DNA of 61,809 nt, filler included, from Vannella sp. (GCA_023345925.1; 7 parts of 7 records of this genome joined end to end with filler, not necessarily neighbours in it), one strand, 5' to 3'; shown: positions 1-12,770, numbered from the whole stretch's first letter. Notes: generated from the sequence alone by a model not told the origin. Numbers and translations: made by a program.

Positions 1-630
1 GAAGTCCCTATGGTTAGCAAGCTACGCCAAGGAACCTACGCCTTGAACACAACAGCCATCATCCAAGTGATCCGCAAGAAGTATGTCGAAGCGTTTGTCT
101 CAGAGATGCTTGGGATCGAGTCTCTTCGAGTGTTCAGGATGCTGCAAGAGTTCAAGTTCATGGAGGAAGACCAGGTTCGTTAGAGGCCGACGGTGTAGGC
201 AAAGGCGACTTACCGTGGGAAAAAGATCACTCGGGTGGCCTTGATTGACGCCGAGGAGGTGCGCAGGATCCTTTATAAGATGATGGAATATGACATTGCG
301 CACGTCCAAGAGGTACCACGTGGTTCTGATTACGCTCCTGCCAAGACTTTCTATCTCTGGCACGTCAATCTCTCCCGAGTCTTCATTTCCGCGGAGGAGA
401 ACGTTCTCCGCTCGATTCTCAAGCTCAAGCAACGCCTTGTTGCAGAGAAAGAGAAGTACCGCTTCGTTCTTGAGAAGCGCAGCGGACTGGAACAAGATCC
501 GACCGGAATTGTTCTCTCTTCGGCTGAAAAGGCACTTTTAAGCAAGTTCACTCGTACAGAGAACGTTCTTCGAGCAAACATCCATCGGATGGCTGGGATT
601 TACACGGTTCTGCACTTTTATCACAAGTAA
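1..630 (+). CDS. POLR3C: RNA polymerase III subunit RPC3 (RPC62/RPC82), 3' part, one intron ~175-224
   Basis: Translation ...RVFRMLQEFKFMEEDQ|ITRVALIDAEEVRRILYKMMEYDIAHVQEVPRGSDYAPAKTFYLWHVNL resembles the RPC3 QE(I/V)P..DxAPxxTFYL motif; 5' end lies outside the window. Confidence 0.8.
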
Positions 631-660
631 ACGGTTCGAGTGTCCTTTCCTTGGTTTGGC

Positions 661-906
661 TTAAAGCGCTCCCCAGTGGAGTCGTCGAGGTGGGATCGAG
701 GGGAAGCGAGAGGATGTTGTGTTCACTTCTCGAAGAAGATGCGGGGGCCGAAACGATGAGGGCAAGTCGACCTGGACAACTCGCCTCTTGGGTATGGGGA
801 TAGGAGAGGATTTCTTGTTAGCAGGTTCACTCTCTCTACCCCATCCTGAGCTACTGGCATTCAGTGCGTGAGACATCACAATCGAGCAACGAAAGAATGA
901 ACTCAT
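661..906 (-). CDS. Small hypothetical protein with SSPIPIP and FRPPH motifs
   Basis: Short ORF preceded by a CCAAT box (933-940). The motif pair is loosely reminiscent of S40/PRAS40-like small regulators; start codon uncertain. Confidence 0.35.
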   Translation of the reverse strand: MSSFFRCSIVMSHALNASSSGWGRESEPANKKSSPIPIPKRRVVQVDLPSSFRPPHLLREVNTTSSRFPSIPPRRLHWGAL

Positions 907-1058
907 AAACTCCGTTGCCGAAAAGATCCAGCCTGATTGGGACATTCCATTGACTTTGTTAGACTTTCCTTTTGTGGTTCCGCTTTCGCATTCCTCTGAC
1001 TTGAATGGGCTTTCCCCACAAGCCCCCGGTTTTGGATAAGTAGGAGAGAGAAGGGACT

Positions 1059-2206
1059 TTAAAGGACTTTCTTGGATGCAGGGGAGCTCTTTGCTTGGTT
1101 CGATTTGGCTCTCTCTTGAGCCAGCGTGGTGCGGTTGGAGTAGATGGTAATCATGGCTTTGGTCCAGTAAAGGTTCATCATACTCAACAGAGACACAATA
1201 GTGAGGACACTGACGCGACCAACGAGGTGTTCAGCGGAGAAGCTGTCGTAATGAACGTAGATTTGATAGAACACGAACGCTGGTACGGGAAGACGCAGTA
1301 AAAGGAAGGACCACAAGCGCGCCCCTTGGTTAAAGTGGAATAGGAGCGTGCTCTTCATTCCATACAGCTTCAGGTACCAATGCAAGTTGCTTGGTATCAC
1401 TGTTAACTCAGTAATCAGCATCGTTGCTACCACGAACGCGAACTTCTTGTGGGACTAAGTGACCGTTAGGACCACAGACTCGACATTCAAGGTGCTAACA
1501 TACCAGGGAAAGGGCGTATGCTACGCAGAGACTGACGTGGTGGACGTACATACCGCTACTGGCGCCAGTTTGGAGATACATAACGATGACGTCGTAGATC
1601 TCGTACCCAAAGGAGAGGGCCATGAGGACATCACAGAGAGGGCTGTAGCCTCCCATAAGATCAGACTCAAACGTTTGATCAATGAAGATGATACGGAGAG
1701 CGAGGAGGCTCGTCAATAAAGCGTGCAGGGAGCTTGGCACCCTCCAAAGAGAGTGAGAGAGAGATGGAGAAGGGTAGAGCGACTTACTTTTGAGCAAGGA
1801 ACCACTGGTCCCTTACATCGTAAGAGTCATAGCGCTGGCGGTCTGTAAAGAGCCTGAAAAGGAGGCCGAGGACAACTTGAAGAGCGAAACATCCGAGAAT
1901 AGTTAACAGAGTCATCTGTACGATGCGCTCTCCTCGCACAGAGAAGAGAGTATCTACCATATTCCTGAAAACAAGGGTAAAGTCCCCTTCCCACTTGACT
2001 TCTCCTTCCAACTTGCTTGGGGAAGGCGCCAAGTGCGGGTACAAGTCCAAATCTACGTATCCCATCGCGTAAAGACCGACCAAACCCACCACACTCATAA
2101 CACCAACCACCCATAACCTTGTAGTAGCCTGTACCCGCCGGGTGTCCATATCCTGCTGTATTTGCAGCTTCCGTGCCTCCTTCGTCGCGTCCGTCCTCGT
2201 GGCCAT
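1059..2206 (-). CDS. TLC (TRAM/LAG1/CLN8) domain membrane protein, TMEM56/TLCD4-like, spliced
   Basis: Multiple TM segments; SFGYEIYD, YVHHV, TELTVIPSN, FLLLRL, MNLYW motifs across three ORF-track fragments joined by short introns. Confidence 0.8.
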
Positions 2207-2259
2207 GACAAAGTGACTCTCAGCTGTCCACGGGCACTAACACACTTCATTCTACACTC

Positions 2260-3608
2260 TCAGCTGCTTGGTTCGATGACAGGACGAGAGCGAGAGACAG
2301 AACGGTGGCGCTTCTTCTTCGTCTCACTTGCGGTCAGTCCTTGGACTTTGTCCTTCTTGCTGTGGGAGCGGCTGGCTTTGTGTCGACTCTTACGCTCCTT
2401 CTTGGGCGGGGAGGCTATCTCAGAGTCGCCTTGGGAGAGTGTCCTGCGAAGGAGGTCGGAGGGGAGAGGGTCTTCAAGGGGGATGGCGATGTTGCCCGTG
2501 TCTAGGACGAGAGCTCGGCCGTCGAAGTCAAAGTCGGTGAGGAGGTTACTCAGGCTATCCAGGTCGCCGGACTGTGCACTAGGAGAGGTCAGTGTGGGGG
2601 AGGAACCGCTGTGGGGGTTTGTGAAGTCAAGAAGGAGGCGGGATCGGGTCCTGGTGGTCTGCGCCTTGGTTGTTTTTGCTTTAGGTTGACGAGGTGGTGC
2701 TATCGTTGGAGCTACAGCTTCTGGAATAGACCTGCGATGGAGTTAGTTGGAGAGGAGATATGGTAGAGCCGAAACAAACCTCTCAGCACGAGAAGAGGCG
2801 ACAAGTAGACTTGGAGAGTTGCACGAGAGAACACTTGCTTCGATGCCACTCACATAGAGCAGCTGATTCCCCCTCACTCCCAAATGAGCAAGTGTGTGAT
2901 GGTCACCAGAGGCCAGTGGGTTGATCATATCAGCACTCTGAGTACCCAATGGCCACCGCCAAGTGTTAGCAACTTGCTACACGCTCTCAAAGCACGCACC
3001 ATTACACGCTCTGTCGAGAGACCGATCTCAGATGCCGTGAGAGGAGCCGCTGAGGAGTCTTTGAAGGCTCGGATGATCTCATCTCGTAGCCGTTGCTTCA
3101 CGGTATGGAGGGTATCGCTCTTCTCGAAGTGCAGGATGGCGATCTTCTTGTAGTTGCTCATAAAGTGAAGCGTCACGGAGTCCTCGCTGAGAAGCTTCTT
3201 GATTTCCTTCATTCTCTCTTCAGAGATAGGGACCTTACCATCCTTAGGTGCTAAGGGAGACGTAGCACCGTTGGTACCGCGGAGGCGAGTGGGGAGGGGC
3301 GAGCGGGTGAGACTTTCAGAGGAGAGAAGCGTTTGAGGGCCAAGATGACTGACCAAAGGTGTTGATTCTGTATTTCCTCGGCGCCTTGTGATGATAGGAC
3401 TTGCAAGGGGTGGTTTGAGAGGCCCACTAGGAGCCCTAACGGCCACTGTGGGGACTAAAGGAGCTGTTTCGCTGCGGTCAAGGACCTGCCTGAGTAGCCC
3501 TTCTATCACAGTGATGCGCTGGTCCATCCCAGCCATTATCAGCGTAAGTTTGGCCATCTCAGCCGCAAAGGCGGCCACAATCGGCCTAACCACATCATCC
3601 ACTTCCAT
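2260..3608 (-). CDS. Hypothetical protein (N-terminal coiled coil, Ser/Pro-rich, basic C-terminus), spliced
   Basis: ORF 2925-3626 plus a downstream open frame ending ...RPVIEPSS-TGA at 2260; no recognised domain. Confidence 0.5.
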
Positions 3609-3691
3609 CAGTTTATAAAATGCCAAAGTCCTCCGTTTAATTCGCCCTTGTATTGGCCGATTTAGAATTTAATTCTGTACAAGTCATTATT

Positions 3692-6159
3692 ATGCGGTCT
3701 GGGTGGTTGGTGGTTGGGGTCGTCTTGTTCTCGTTGATGTCGCTGTTGTTGATGGTTTGGACGGAGGAGACTCATCCTGGGCGTGAACGAGATCTGGCTC
3801 TCGAGATGGAGCGTGGAGTGCTGGGTTCAGGAGGTGCTCTTGTGGCTGAGAAGGATCTCGATGAGGATCTGGTCATGCATGGGAACTCAGGAAGCCAGAG
3901 AGAAGTAGTAGACGCATATTTGATGGAAAAGGAAGTCCCTATTGTCTCTGAATTGGCCCTAACCGACTCCACTGCCTCGAATGGAGAGAAGGAAGTTCAG
4001 TTGGGTGATGCTGGCATCATTGGTGGGTCCGAGAAAGCGCCATCTGGAATCTCTTACGGAGTAGAGATGCCTGCGCTATTGAGAAAATGCCTTCAGGCAA
4101 AGGTTCGACTACTTCCATCTCGGTCCGTGTCAGTAGAGGATCTGGAGCTCTCCCAGGCCGACTGGTTCCTTCATTTGGAGTGTAAATCCGAGGAGCATGT
4201 TGATGATGTCGAGAATACGGCCACAGACACGCAGTTCACCCGCCGCATTCCCTTTGTTGTCGATTCGGCAGAGCTTTGGTGGGATTAGCTTCCTCCTACT
4301 GTGGACTTGCACTCACCAGAATGCACAGCTTAGTGGCGCAGTTCTTTCCAGATGATTCAACTGAGGAATGTCGCTTGTCTGTCGTCGCGAGTGAGCTTTC
4401 CGCCCCTTCCTTGGAGGGAGAGGTGGCGGAATACCGCGTTGAAGAGCTCTCTGAGCTTCAAAGCAGGGCTGATTTTTGCTGGCACTGCCAAGGTGAGTTC
4501 ACTGGCCTCCATCCGGCCAAAGCTGACCTCAGAAGCTTGGCTTTACCGGGATCTTCCAACTGCTCAGCATTTCCTCCTTTATGATAACAAAGGAGAGCCT
4601 TTATGGAGAACTACCAATCCATTGGAGATAGTGAGAGGAAACCGTTTGGTAAGTGAGAAATGAAGAAGTGAATAAGTGAATTCCGGATCTCATTCCGGAC
4701 CAGACACTTTGGATCGTCCCTCATCCCGAAGCTGTGAAAGATTATCCCGATTTTCTATCTCAAGCAGGATTCAACGCCTTCTTGGATAGCTCAGAGATGA
4801 AACAGGCGGTTTGGGTGTCGCGAAAGTACGAACCCATCTCCAAAGGAAGCTCTCAACGAGGCTACCGTATCGAGGTGGAGGGTCTAGATGGCGGACAGTT
4901 TGAGCTGGTGGTAGCTTTATACTGGTTTCATTCTTCAAATGAGCCTCACGCCCACAAGGCAGAGCCCATTTTAGTGGGCTCTCACTCTTTCCACGAGTAC
5001 TCTGGCTGTGATTTACATAGAAGCGAAGTGTGGGGTTCACGAAAACTGATACATGTCCACAAAGAAGAGAACAACGATGCAACAGCGCGACCCTTGCTGG
5101 ACTTGATTGTTCCATCGAACCCCCAAAAATGCACTTCCATGAACGAGCCTGGCCGTTGGCTTCGCCATGCTGTTGGAGAGGTCTGCCGGCCTCCTTATTG
5201 CACAGGAGATCTGGCCGAAACGATTATCTCAAAGCCAAGCTGGCAGGGGATCCAAAATGGGTGGGTTTGGGTGCCTTATGCGTGCCACTATCACGCGTAC
5301 AGCCAAACGGACTTCTTGCGTTGTGCAGAGGAGAGGAATGTAGCCTGGATTCATGTAATGGGTGACTCTTTAGCACGAGAGTATGTGGGCTATCTCATGT
5401 CTCTCTTCCACAACGTGGACACCAGCAAGTTCGAATCTGCTGATGTTCAGCTGGGAAGCGGAAAGGACTCAATTCGCCTCACTTTCCAGAGCTGGCAAGA
5501 TGTTATCTTGTTACAACAGGGCGCAAGCAACCGTTCCGGAGACTTTACTGAGACCATGCTTAACCATTGGAACATTCTTGGACCCGGCGCTTCGACCCCT
5601 CTCGAGTTTCCTAAGTATCGCTTAAGCATCCCTGACACAGAAGTGACCCGACCAGATGTGTTTATCATGAATCCTGCAACAGCCTACTCTCTCTTCAAGC
5701 AGACAGAGCCAGTAAGCAGCTGAGTGTGGGAGAGTGTTGCTCATCTTCCTCGGCAGGCATTCCGGTCGTATGTCAAGTCATTTGCTGATATGATGAACCA
5801 TTCCAGCTCTTCAAAAGGATCCCCGCACATCTTCTGGTACCATGCACCGTTCCTCTTTGGAACCGCTCATGAAGGAACTGAGTTCATCACACAAACTCGC
5901 AACGAAAGATTCTCCCGCATTGCACAGTACGGTCACTCCAAACGACTACAAAGAGGCTTAAAGTGACTCACTTCACACTAGGGAGGAGCTACAAGGGACT
6001 AGAGTGAGATACTTTGACAATATGGACTTATCGCAAAGCCGTCCCGAAGAGTCTTGGGACGGTTTGCACTTTCTCAGCGGATACGAAGAGTGGACCGGTC
6101 ATGTGGCTTGCTCATACGTTCAGAGATGGCTGAACGAACTGTTTGGTGAATGCACTTAA
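3692..6159 (+). CDS. Type II membrane SGNH/PC-esterase-like (TBL/NXPE/CAS1-type) putative O-acyltransferase, paralog 1, 5 introns
   Basis: N-terminal signal anchor; W.W.P..C followed by VMGDSLARE (GDS) and C-terminal WDGLHF (DxxH). Confidence 0.7.
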
Positions 6160-6218
6160 GTTCTCTGGAGGAGGTGGCGGGAAGGGCAGGGAAAAGGGAA
6201 TCATTGTGGCGTGGGAGG

Positions 6219-8735
6219 ATGCGGCTGGCGTGGCTGCTCCGGGGATTGGTCCTGTTCTCGGCACTTTCGGTGTTTATGCTGATGCTGGAGGAACAGGATA
6301 CAGGGAGAGAGTCTGCAAAGGTGTTCCAGAAGGCCTTTCGAGGGAGGAAGATGAAGCCCATGTTGGTGGAAGTGCGCGGAGTCGAAAAGGAGGACCCGGC
6401 TCCGGACTTGTCCCAGCTCTCTGACGCTAGGAACACTTTGATCCATCAAGGAGACATGATAAGCTCCTTGAACCCGGGAGAAGAGGCCCCGTTTACTGCT
6501 GAGGACGGGAAAGGTGTTCCTTCGTTGACCTTGAGGGAGATAGAGGCGGATTCCTCCCACATGGACTTGAACCAAGGGAGAAACGATGAACTGAGAGGCG
6601 ATTTGACCATCTCCTTCGAGGTAGAGATGCCTGAATTCCTCCAGAAATGCTCCCGGGCTGTTTTTCGGCTTCTTCCTACTCAGACTCGGCTTATCTCACC
6701 CAATGAGCTCAGCCAACATGACCACTACCTCAACGTACAGTGTAAAGGCACAGTGCCTCCTGACGCGGCCACAAGCATGGCCAAAAGCATTCGCTTTACT
6801 CGCCGCATTCCCTTCATCGTCGATCCTGTGGGACTTTGGTACGCTGGACCTTCAAGTGAGATACAGAGAGTTAACAGAAACTCAGCCTGGAAGCTGCCTT
6901 CTTCCCAGATGAGTCTACAGAGCACTGCCAAGTGAATGTGGTTCGAAGTGACCTTTCTGCTGCTCCGTTGGAAGGTGCTGAGGTGGAGTTTAATGTGGAA
7001 GAACTCTCTATTGACCGGGCAGAGAACGAGTGCGGGATACATTGCAAAGGTGGGTCCTCTGGGATTGTCTCTTTCATAATCTCACTTGGAAAGGTTGGCT
7101 TCATCGGGCGCTTCCGACTGCTCAGCAGTTTCTTCTTTATGATAATGACGGATCTCCGCTGTGGAAGAGTAACAGTCCATTGCAGCTGACAAGAGGAAGC
7201 CGGCTGGTAAGAGAGAAGAAGTGAATAAGTGAATTCCGGATCTCATTCCGGACCAGACGCTTTGGATCGTTCCTCACTCCGAGGTTGTGAAGACCTATCC
7301 CAAGGCGGTGTCCAAAGTGGGCTTCAACGCCTTCTTGGATAGCTCAAAGATGAAGCAGGCGGTTTGGGTTTCGCGAAAGTACGAACCCATCTTCAAGGGA
7401 AGCTCTCAACGAGGGTATCGCATCGAGGTGGAAGGCCTTGATGCAGGCCAGTTTGAGCTTGTTGTTGCGCTGTATTGGTTTCATTCATCAAGTGAACCCT
7501 ACGGGAAAGAGGCAGAACCCATTTTAGTGGGCTCCCACTCCTTCCATCAATATTCTCCTTGTGACTTGAAGAGAAGCGAAGTGTGGGATTCCAGAAAGCT
7601 GATTCATGTCCGCATTGAGCCTCTAAAGAAGGGAAAGAGGGAATCAACGCCTCCATTGGACTTGATTGTCCCTTCAAAGCCTCGAAAGTGTACTTCCATC
7701 AACGAGCCTGGCCGTTGGCTCTGGCATGCACTTGATGAAGAATGCCAACCTCCAATCTGTACCGGAGACCTCTTCGAGTCTCGAATCAGCCAGCCCAGCT
7801 GGCAGGGGGCTCGCAGCGAATGGGTTTGGGTGCCTTACAACTGCCACTACCACGCTTATGACCGGGCGGACTTTCTTCGGTGCGCAAGAGAAAAGGACAT
7901 TTCTTGGATACACGTGATGGGGGACTCTTTAGCTCGCGAATACGCGGCGTATCTGATGTCTCTGTTCGGCAACGCAGACACAAACAAATTCGAGACTGCT
8001 GACGTTCAGCTCGAAGATGGGGGCGACTCTGTGCGCCTTAGCTTCCACTTCTGGCCGGACATCATCTTTTCTAATGAGGGAGAAATCTACCGAGACGCTA
8101 ACTTCACTCGAACCATGCTGGACCACTGGAACATTCTGAAGCCTGGAACTTCAAGTCCACTTGAGTTCTATGAGATGCATGTGAGCTTGCCTGGCACAGA
8201 GAAGACTCGGCCAGATGTTTTTATAATGAACCCAGCGACAGCCTACTCTCTTTACATCCAAACAGAACCAGTAAGTTGAAAGCAGAGATGCATCTTGGTT
8301 CTGCTTCTCACTCTTCTGACTTTTCCACTCTTTGGCAGGCATTCCGATCGTATGTCAAGTCATTTGCTGAGATCGTTGGGCGTTCCAACTCTAGGAAGGG
8401 ATCCCCACATATCTTCTGGTACCAAGCGCCCTTCCTCTTCGGAACTGCTCATCCTGGAACGGAGTTTATCACACAAACTCGCAACGAGAGATTCTCTCGC
8501 ATTGCACAGTAAGGAATGAGAAGTTGGGGAGGAGAGGTGTGCTGATGCTTGGCTTAGAGAAGAGCTTCGGGAAAGTCGAGTGAGGTACTTTGATAATATG
8601 GACTTGTCTCAGAGCCGTCCCTCCGAATCCTGGGATGGATTGCACTTCCTCAGAGGGAAAGAAGAGTGGCACGGGCATGTCGCCAACTCCTACGTCCAAA
8701 GATGGCTCAACGAGCTATTTGGTGAATGCAATTGA
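6219..8735 (+). CDS. Type II membrane SGNH/PC-esterase-like putative O-acyltransferase, paralog 2 (tandem duplicate)
   Basis: Same exon structure and motifs as 3692-6159 (VMGDSLARE, WDGLHF); starts only 59 nt after the paralog 1 stop. Confidence 0.7.
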
Positions 8736-8897
8736 CTTTTGACGTTTTGTCTTTGGAATGCTCTGAAAGCCAAGGAACAGGGAAGAACCGTATCCCGCAT
8801 TCCTTTTCCTCCAGCTCAGTGTGAGAAGGCCAACTGAAAAGAGAAGGTTTATAAAACGGTTAAATGAGACGAGGATGGCGCGGAGCGGGCGGCCCCT

Positions 8898-11800
8898 TCA
8901 CTCTTTGTTCGTGGAGCGAAAGTTGATTCCGGTGCGGCGCTCAATGTCCAAGTCAAGTTGGTGGGCCCTCCAACGGGCGTATCCTTCGATGAAGATGGTA
9001 CTCAAACCGACAATGATAATCGCAGCCCCGACCAAGCCCAAGGACACCCACGGCAGGATGTTATCGTGGCTGACGGAAACGCAAGGGTCAGAGCTTTCAG
9101 CTGCTCCACCTGAAAGAAGAAGGGCAAAGTTTGTGAGATGGCCCGTCTCTCCACAGAAGAGTCCGTCCTTCTTCCCAGTGTTAGTGAGACATCGGTCCTC
9201 ACAAACCCACTTGGATTTGCGCTCATCGTAGTAACTCAAGCACACTCTCTCATGAGAACCAATCGTCGCTGGGGGTTCCAAGCAGATGGTCAACGGGTTA
9301 GCAAGCTGAGTCACTGGATTCCCAGTTCCATCGAAGAGGGTTATGTCCAAGATTGTACTTCCCAGTTGCTGGTTGGACAAATTCGCAGGAATTTTGGAAA
9401 CGTACGTTATACTGAGAGTGGCGTTTGAGGACCCATTCAACTCTGAAGGTAGCGTTGTTCTTCCTACGAGATCTCCTCCGGGTGAGAGGAGTTCAAGCAA
9501 AGTTGGGAGGTTTCCTGCACTAAATGCCGAGTTGACGGTAACTTGGGAGACTTCGCAATCAGTGCATCCTCTTGTCAGGCTTTCTAACACAGGATCTACC
9601 ACGAAGGAGCCAGAAACTTGAGCAGTACTTGTCGAGGCTGCAGTGGAGCTCGGGTTTCCCGTCAATACCGCAGTTTGGCGCTCAAAGCTTGGAGCTGTGG
9701 CCTTTGAACTACTTTCGCTCAAGAATGAGCTACTCTCCGAAGAATCGTCAATACTGAAGGTTTGAGACATTGTCTCACTAGAACGAGGCGAGATACTTGA
9801 GCTTAGACTGGGTGATTCGTTGGCAATGTCACTGGGATTTGCAGGGAAACTGACGCTAGGAGTGGCGGCCACAGAAGCAATCACAGAAGACATGGCACTG
9901 CCCGGCAGTGATACACTTTCTCTGAGGCTCAATGCAGCGGTACCACTGTTTGATTCACTTGTAGTCTCACTCGCGCTTGCCGTCTCAGTTTGGTAGGCAA
10001 CTTTACTGCAGGTTTCAGTTACGCTTGCACTTGGGAAGGAGCTTTGGGTCCCAGTTATCGAAAAAGAAGAAAGGCTGGTACTGGCGCTTTCAGAGTGACT
10101 TGCGCTTGAACTTGCAGAGGCACTCAGGCTTTCACTTTCAGAGTGACTTCTACTTGGACTGGCGGAAGGACCGACGCTCGCGCTTTCAGTAGGGCTTAAG
10201 CTGGGACTGACAGAAGAGCTGCGACTTCCACTTTCGGATTGGCTTCGACTGGGACTAGTGGAAGAGCTATCACTGTCACTGGCACTTTCGGAGGGGCTCA
10301 TAGTTGGAGTGGGAGGGGGGCTGGCACTCACACTTCTGGAAGAGCTTGTAGTGGAACTTATGGAGGGAGTAACACTCGCGCTTCTAGAGGGACTCACACT
10401 CCCATTGGCAGAAGAGCTTGAACTCGGAGAAAAGCTGGCACTTTGGGAAGATGTCCCACTTTGGCTGTTGGTAACTGTAGAGCTTCCACTGGGTGAGAAA
10501 GTCGCAGTATCACTACTGGTCATGGTGGGAGAGGAGCTGGAAGAGGTTGTGAAACTCGCAGAACCGCTTCTCGAAGCGCTGGAACTTGGAGTGGCCGTCA
10601 TCGTCGGAGTAGAGCTTGGACTGACAGACTCGCTAACAGAAGAGCTGGAGCTGGGACTTTGAGAAATAGTGGGACTGAAGGTAAAGTTGACACAAGTTCC
10701 TCTGGTCTCGTTGCAAGTCGCTCCCGTGTATTTCAAAGGCAGAACCGAGCAGTTGAAAAACTGACTTGTCAGGTCGAGTGTAGCGTTGTTAGGAGACGGG
10801 TCAGGAAGCGGCCCACAAAGTTGATTCCCGCCAAGAAAAACAGTTCCGAGGCTGGTCCAAGTTGGCCAAACGGGCAACGTTCCAACCAGAAGATTACCAC
10901 TCATGTCACTGCATGGGATGAGTGGAGGTCCTGTCGCTTTTCAAGAAGACTCACAGATAACTCATCTTACTGAGCTGAGCCCAGTCCGGTAGATTCCCTG
11001 AGATCTGGTTTCCGTCTAATTTCCTGGACAAGGTGTTAGATAGATTCTCCTTATCATGCATTTAGGGACTCGCTTACAAGCTGCCCAACAAGGAAAGGGA
11101 AGACCAGAGTGGAAGCGTTCCGTTCAAACTGTTGTGGCTCAGATATCTGTGACCCAAGGTCAAGTGAATAAGTAGAGAATCCGAGAAGCAAACTTACATG
11201 TTGACAAGCCCAGTAAGGGTGGTCCATTGCGGTAGAGTTCCAACGAGAAGAGGATTGTAGTACAATGATCTACAAGAGCAGCTTAGCCGATTGGTCCAGA
11301 AGTATGGGGAAAGCTACTAACATCACACGCAGAGCTGTGTGGCCAGTCCACTCAGGGATAGTTCCATAAATTTGAGTCTGCCCAATGTTCCTGTTGCCCT
11401 TCCCGTCAGGAATACGAGGGAATGAACTAGAAAGCCCCACATGTTGGAAAGCTTCGTTAGATGAGCCCAATCCGGAAGGGTTCCAGTAAGTGCCGAGTTT
11501 GATTGCAGGAAGCTAGTCCATCCCCTGTGAACCTCTTGCCTTTGAGAGGAAAGAATACGAACATCAGGCTGAGTTCAGTGAGATTTGGCCATGTGGGAAT
11601 GGTGCCCGTTAGCTGATTAGCACTAAGAGTACTGCACTTGCCAATTAGCATCTTCCAAGTCGGATCAACGCACTCACATGGAACTGAGTTTGGCAAGGTT
11701 CGGCCAATCCGGGATGGTGCCATTGAGTTGTCCGTTGTACAACCTACTGAGAACATGCATTCAGCGAGATTCCTCCGTGAAGCAGGGACGAGGGGCTCAC

Positions 11801-12195
11801 ATGTTTACCAAGTTTACCAAGTTTGGCCACATTGGGAGTGTACCAGTGAGAGCGTTGTTATGCAGATCCCTGTCGTACCAAGATTAGGAGCGTCTCGAGG
11901 GCGGCGAGGGTCCTTACATGGCTGAGAGGTTAGGAAGCAAAAGATCCGGAAGTGTCCCCTTCAAGAGGTTGCCAACCATAACCAGAGAGGTTACTGTTGT
12001 CAGTGATCCGTCACAAGTCACTCCAAACCAGGCAGGAGGACCACAAGGGTCCGCGGACAGGTTCCACTTGTTGGTCCAAGAAGCCCCCACGGTGGACGTG
12101 TGGAGGTCAATCAGAGAGTTCTTCTCATACGAAGGAACAGCACACAGCACCAGCACACTCATTCCGAGACAAAACGCCCAGCGCGTCACCATCAT
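8898..12195 (-). CDS. Single-pass receptor: signal peptide, LRRNT and LRRs, Ser/Thr-rich stalk, GAIN/GPS, one TM, short tail
   Basis: MMVTRWAF signal; W..SADPC...WFGVTC LRR cap; about 8 single-LRR exons (LxxNxLxGxxP); about 300-aa S/T stalk; GPS W.C....LFCGETGHLTNFALLL; TM WVSLGLVGAAIIIVGLSTIFI. Confidence 0.85.
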
Positions 12196-12319
12196 AGAGC
12201 CAGAAAAAAAGGAATGGCCATTCCACAATAATCGCTCAATAAACAGGCAAAATCCCAATCGGAGTTGAAAACAGCAGTTTATTGCGCAATAATGATTTAT
12301 TTATTGCTTCGGCTGAGGG

Positions 12320-12419
12320 NNNNNNNNNNNNNNNNNNNNNNNNNNNNNNNNNNNNNNNNNNNNTTAATTAATTAANNNNNNNNNNNNNNNNNNNNNNNNN
12401 NNNNNNNNNNNNNNNNNNN
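12320..12419. other. Assembly spacer (N run with TTAATTAATTAA stop linker)
   Basis: Identical 100-nt pattern occurs six times in the window. Confidence 0.97.
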
Positions 12420-12770
12420 GATAAATGTTGTCATCCTTCCTGGCGAAGCTTCCAAGCGACTTTGCCTATTTCAACGGATGATTCATGCGGTCGAAGGATC
12501 ATGGAGAAGATGAGAGGACCTCGTCGAGGATCAAAGAATGAGAGAGGGCCGCAGAAAGGCTGTGGAACGTCGATTCAAGGTTTTCAACCACTTTTTGAGT
12601 CTGTCGTATCGGAAGTGAGACAGAGAAGGTGTGATTGCCCCAGTCGAACCAAAAAGCTCTTTCGGCATCAGTCACAGCTCATCTCTGCGTCTACCGCCTG
12701 CTTCACTCTCTTGACCCCCGTCACCCTCACTGGCTCAGATTGGGTGGGAAAGAACTCCTCACCTTCTCAT
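12420..12770 (-). CDS. Hypothetical protein, 5' part truncated by contig end
   Basis: ATG AGA AG|gtgagg...aag|A GCT TTT TGG gives MRRAFWFDWGNHTFSVSLPIRQTQKVVEN...LILDE|AKSLGSFARKDDNIY, open to the gap. Confidence 0.4.

Noticed and set aside
4277..6886. TGA apparently formed across intron 1 of both SGNH paralogs (possible Sec codon)
   Set aside because: It arises only with the first AG directly after the branch point. The next AG gives TGC (Cys) in frame in both genes, and the TGA version is out of frame in paralog 2.
9900..10680. Periodic repeats and overlapping LELxxxL ORFs on the plus strand
   Set aside because: Antisense reading of the Ser/Thr-rich stalk of the LRR-GAIN receptor.
12655..12680. 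CTGATG...GAAA hammerhead-like core on the minus strand
   Set aside because: Lacks CTGANGA and stem II; better explained as an intron branch point and acceptor.
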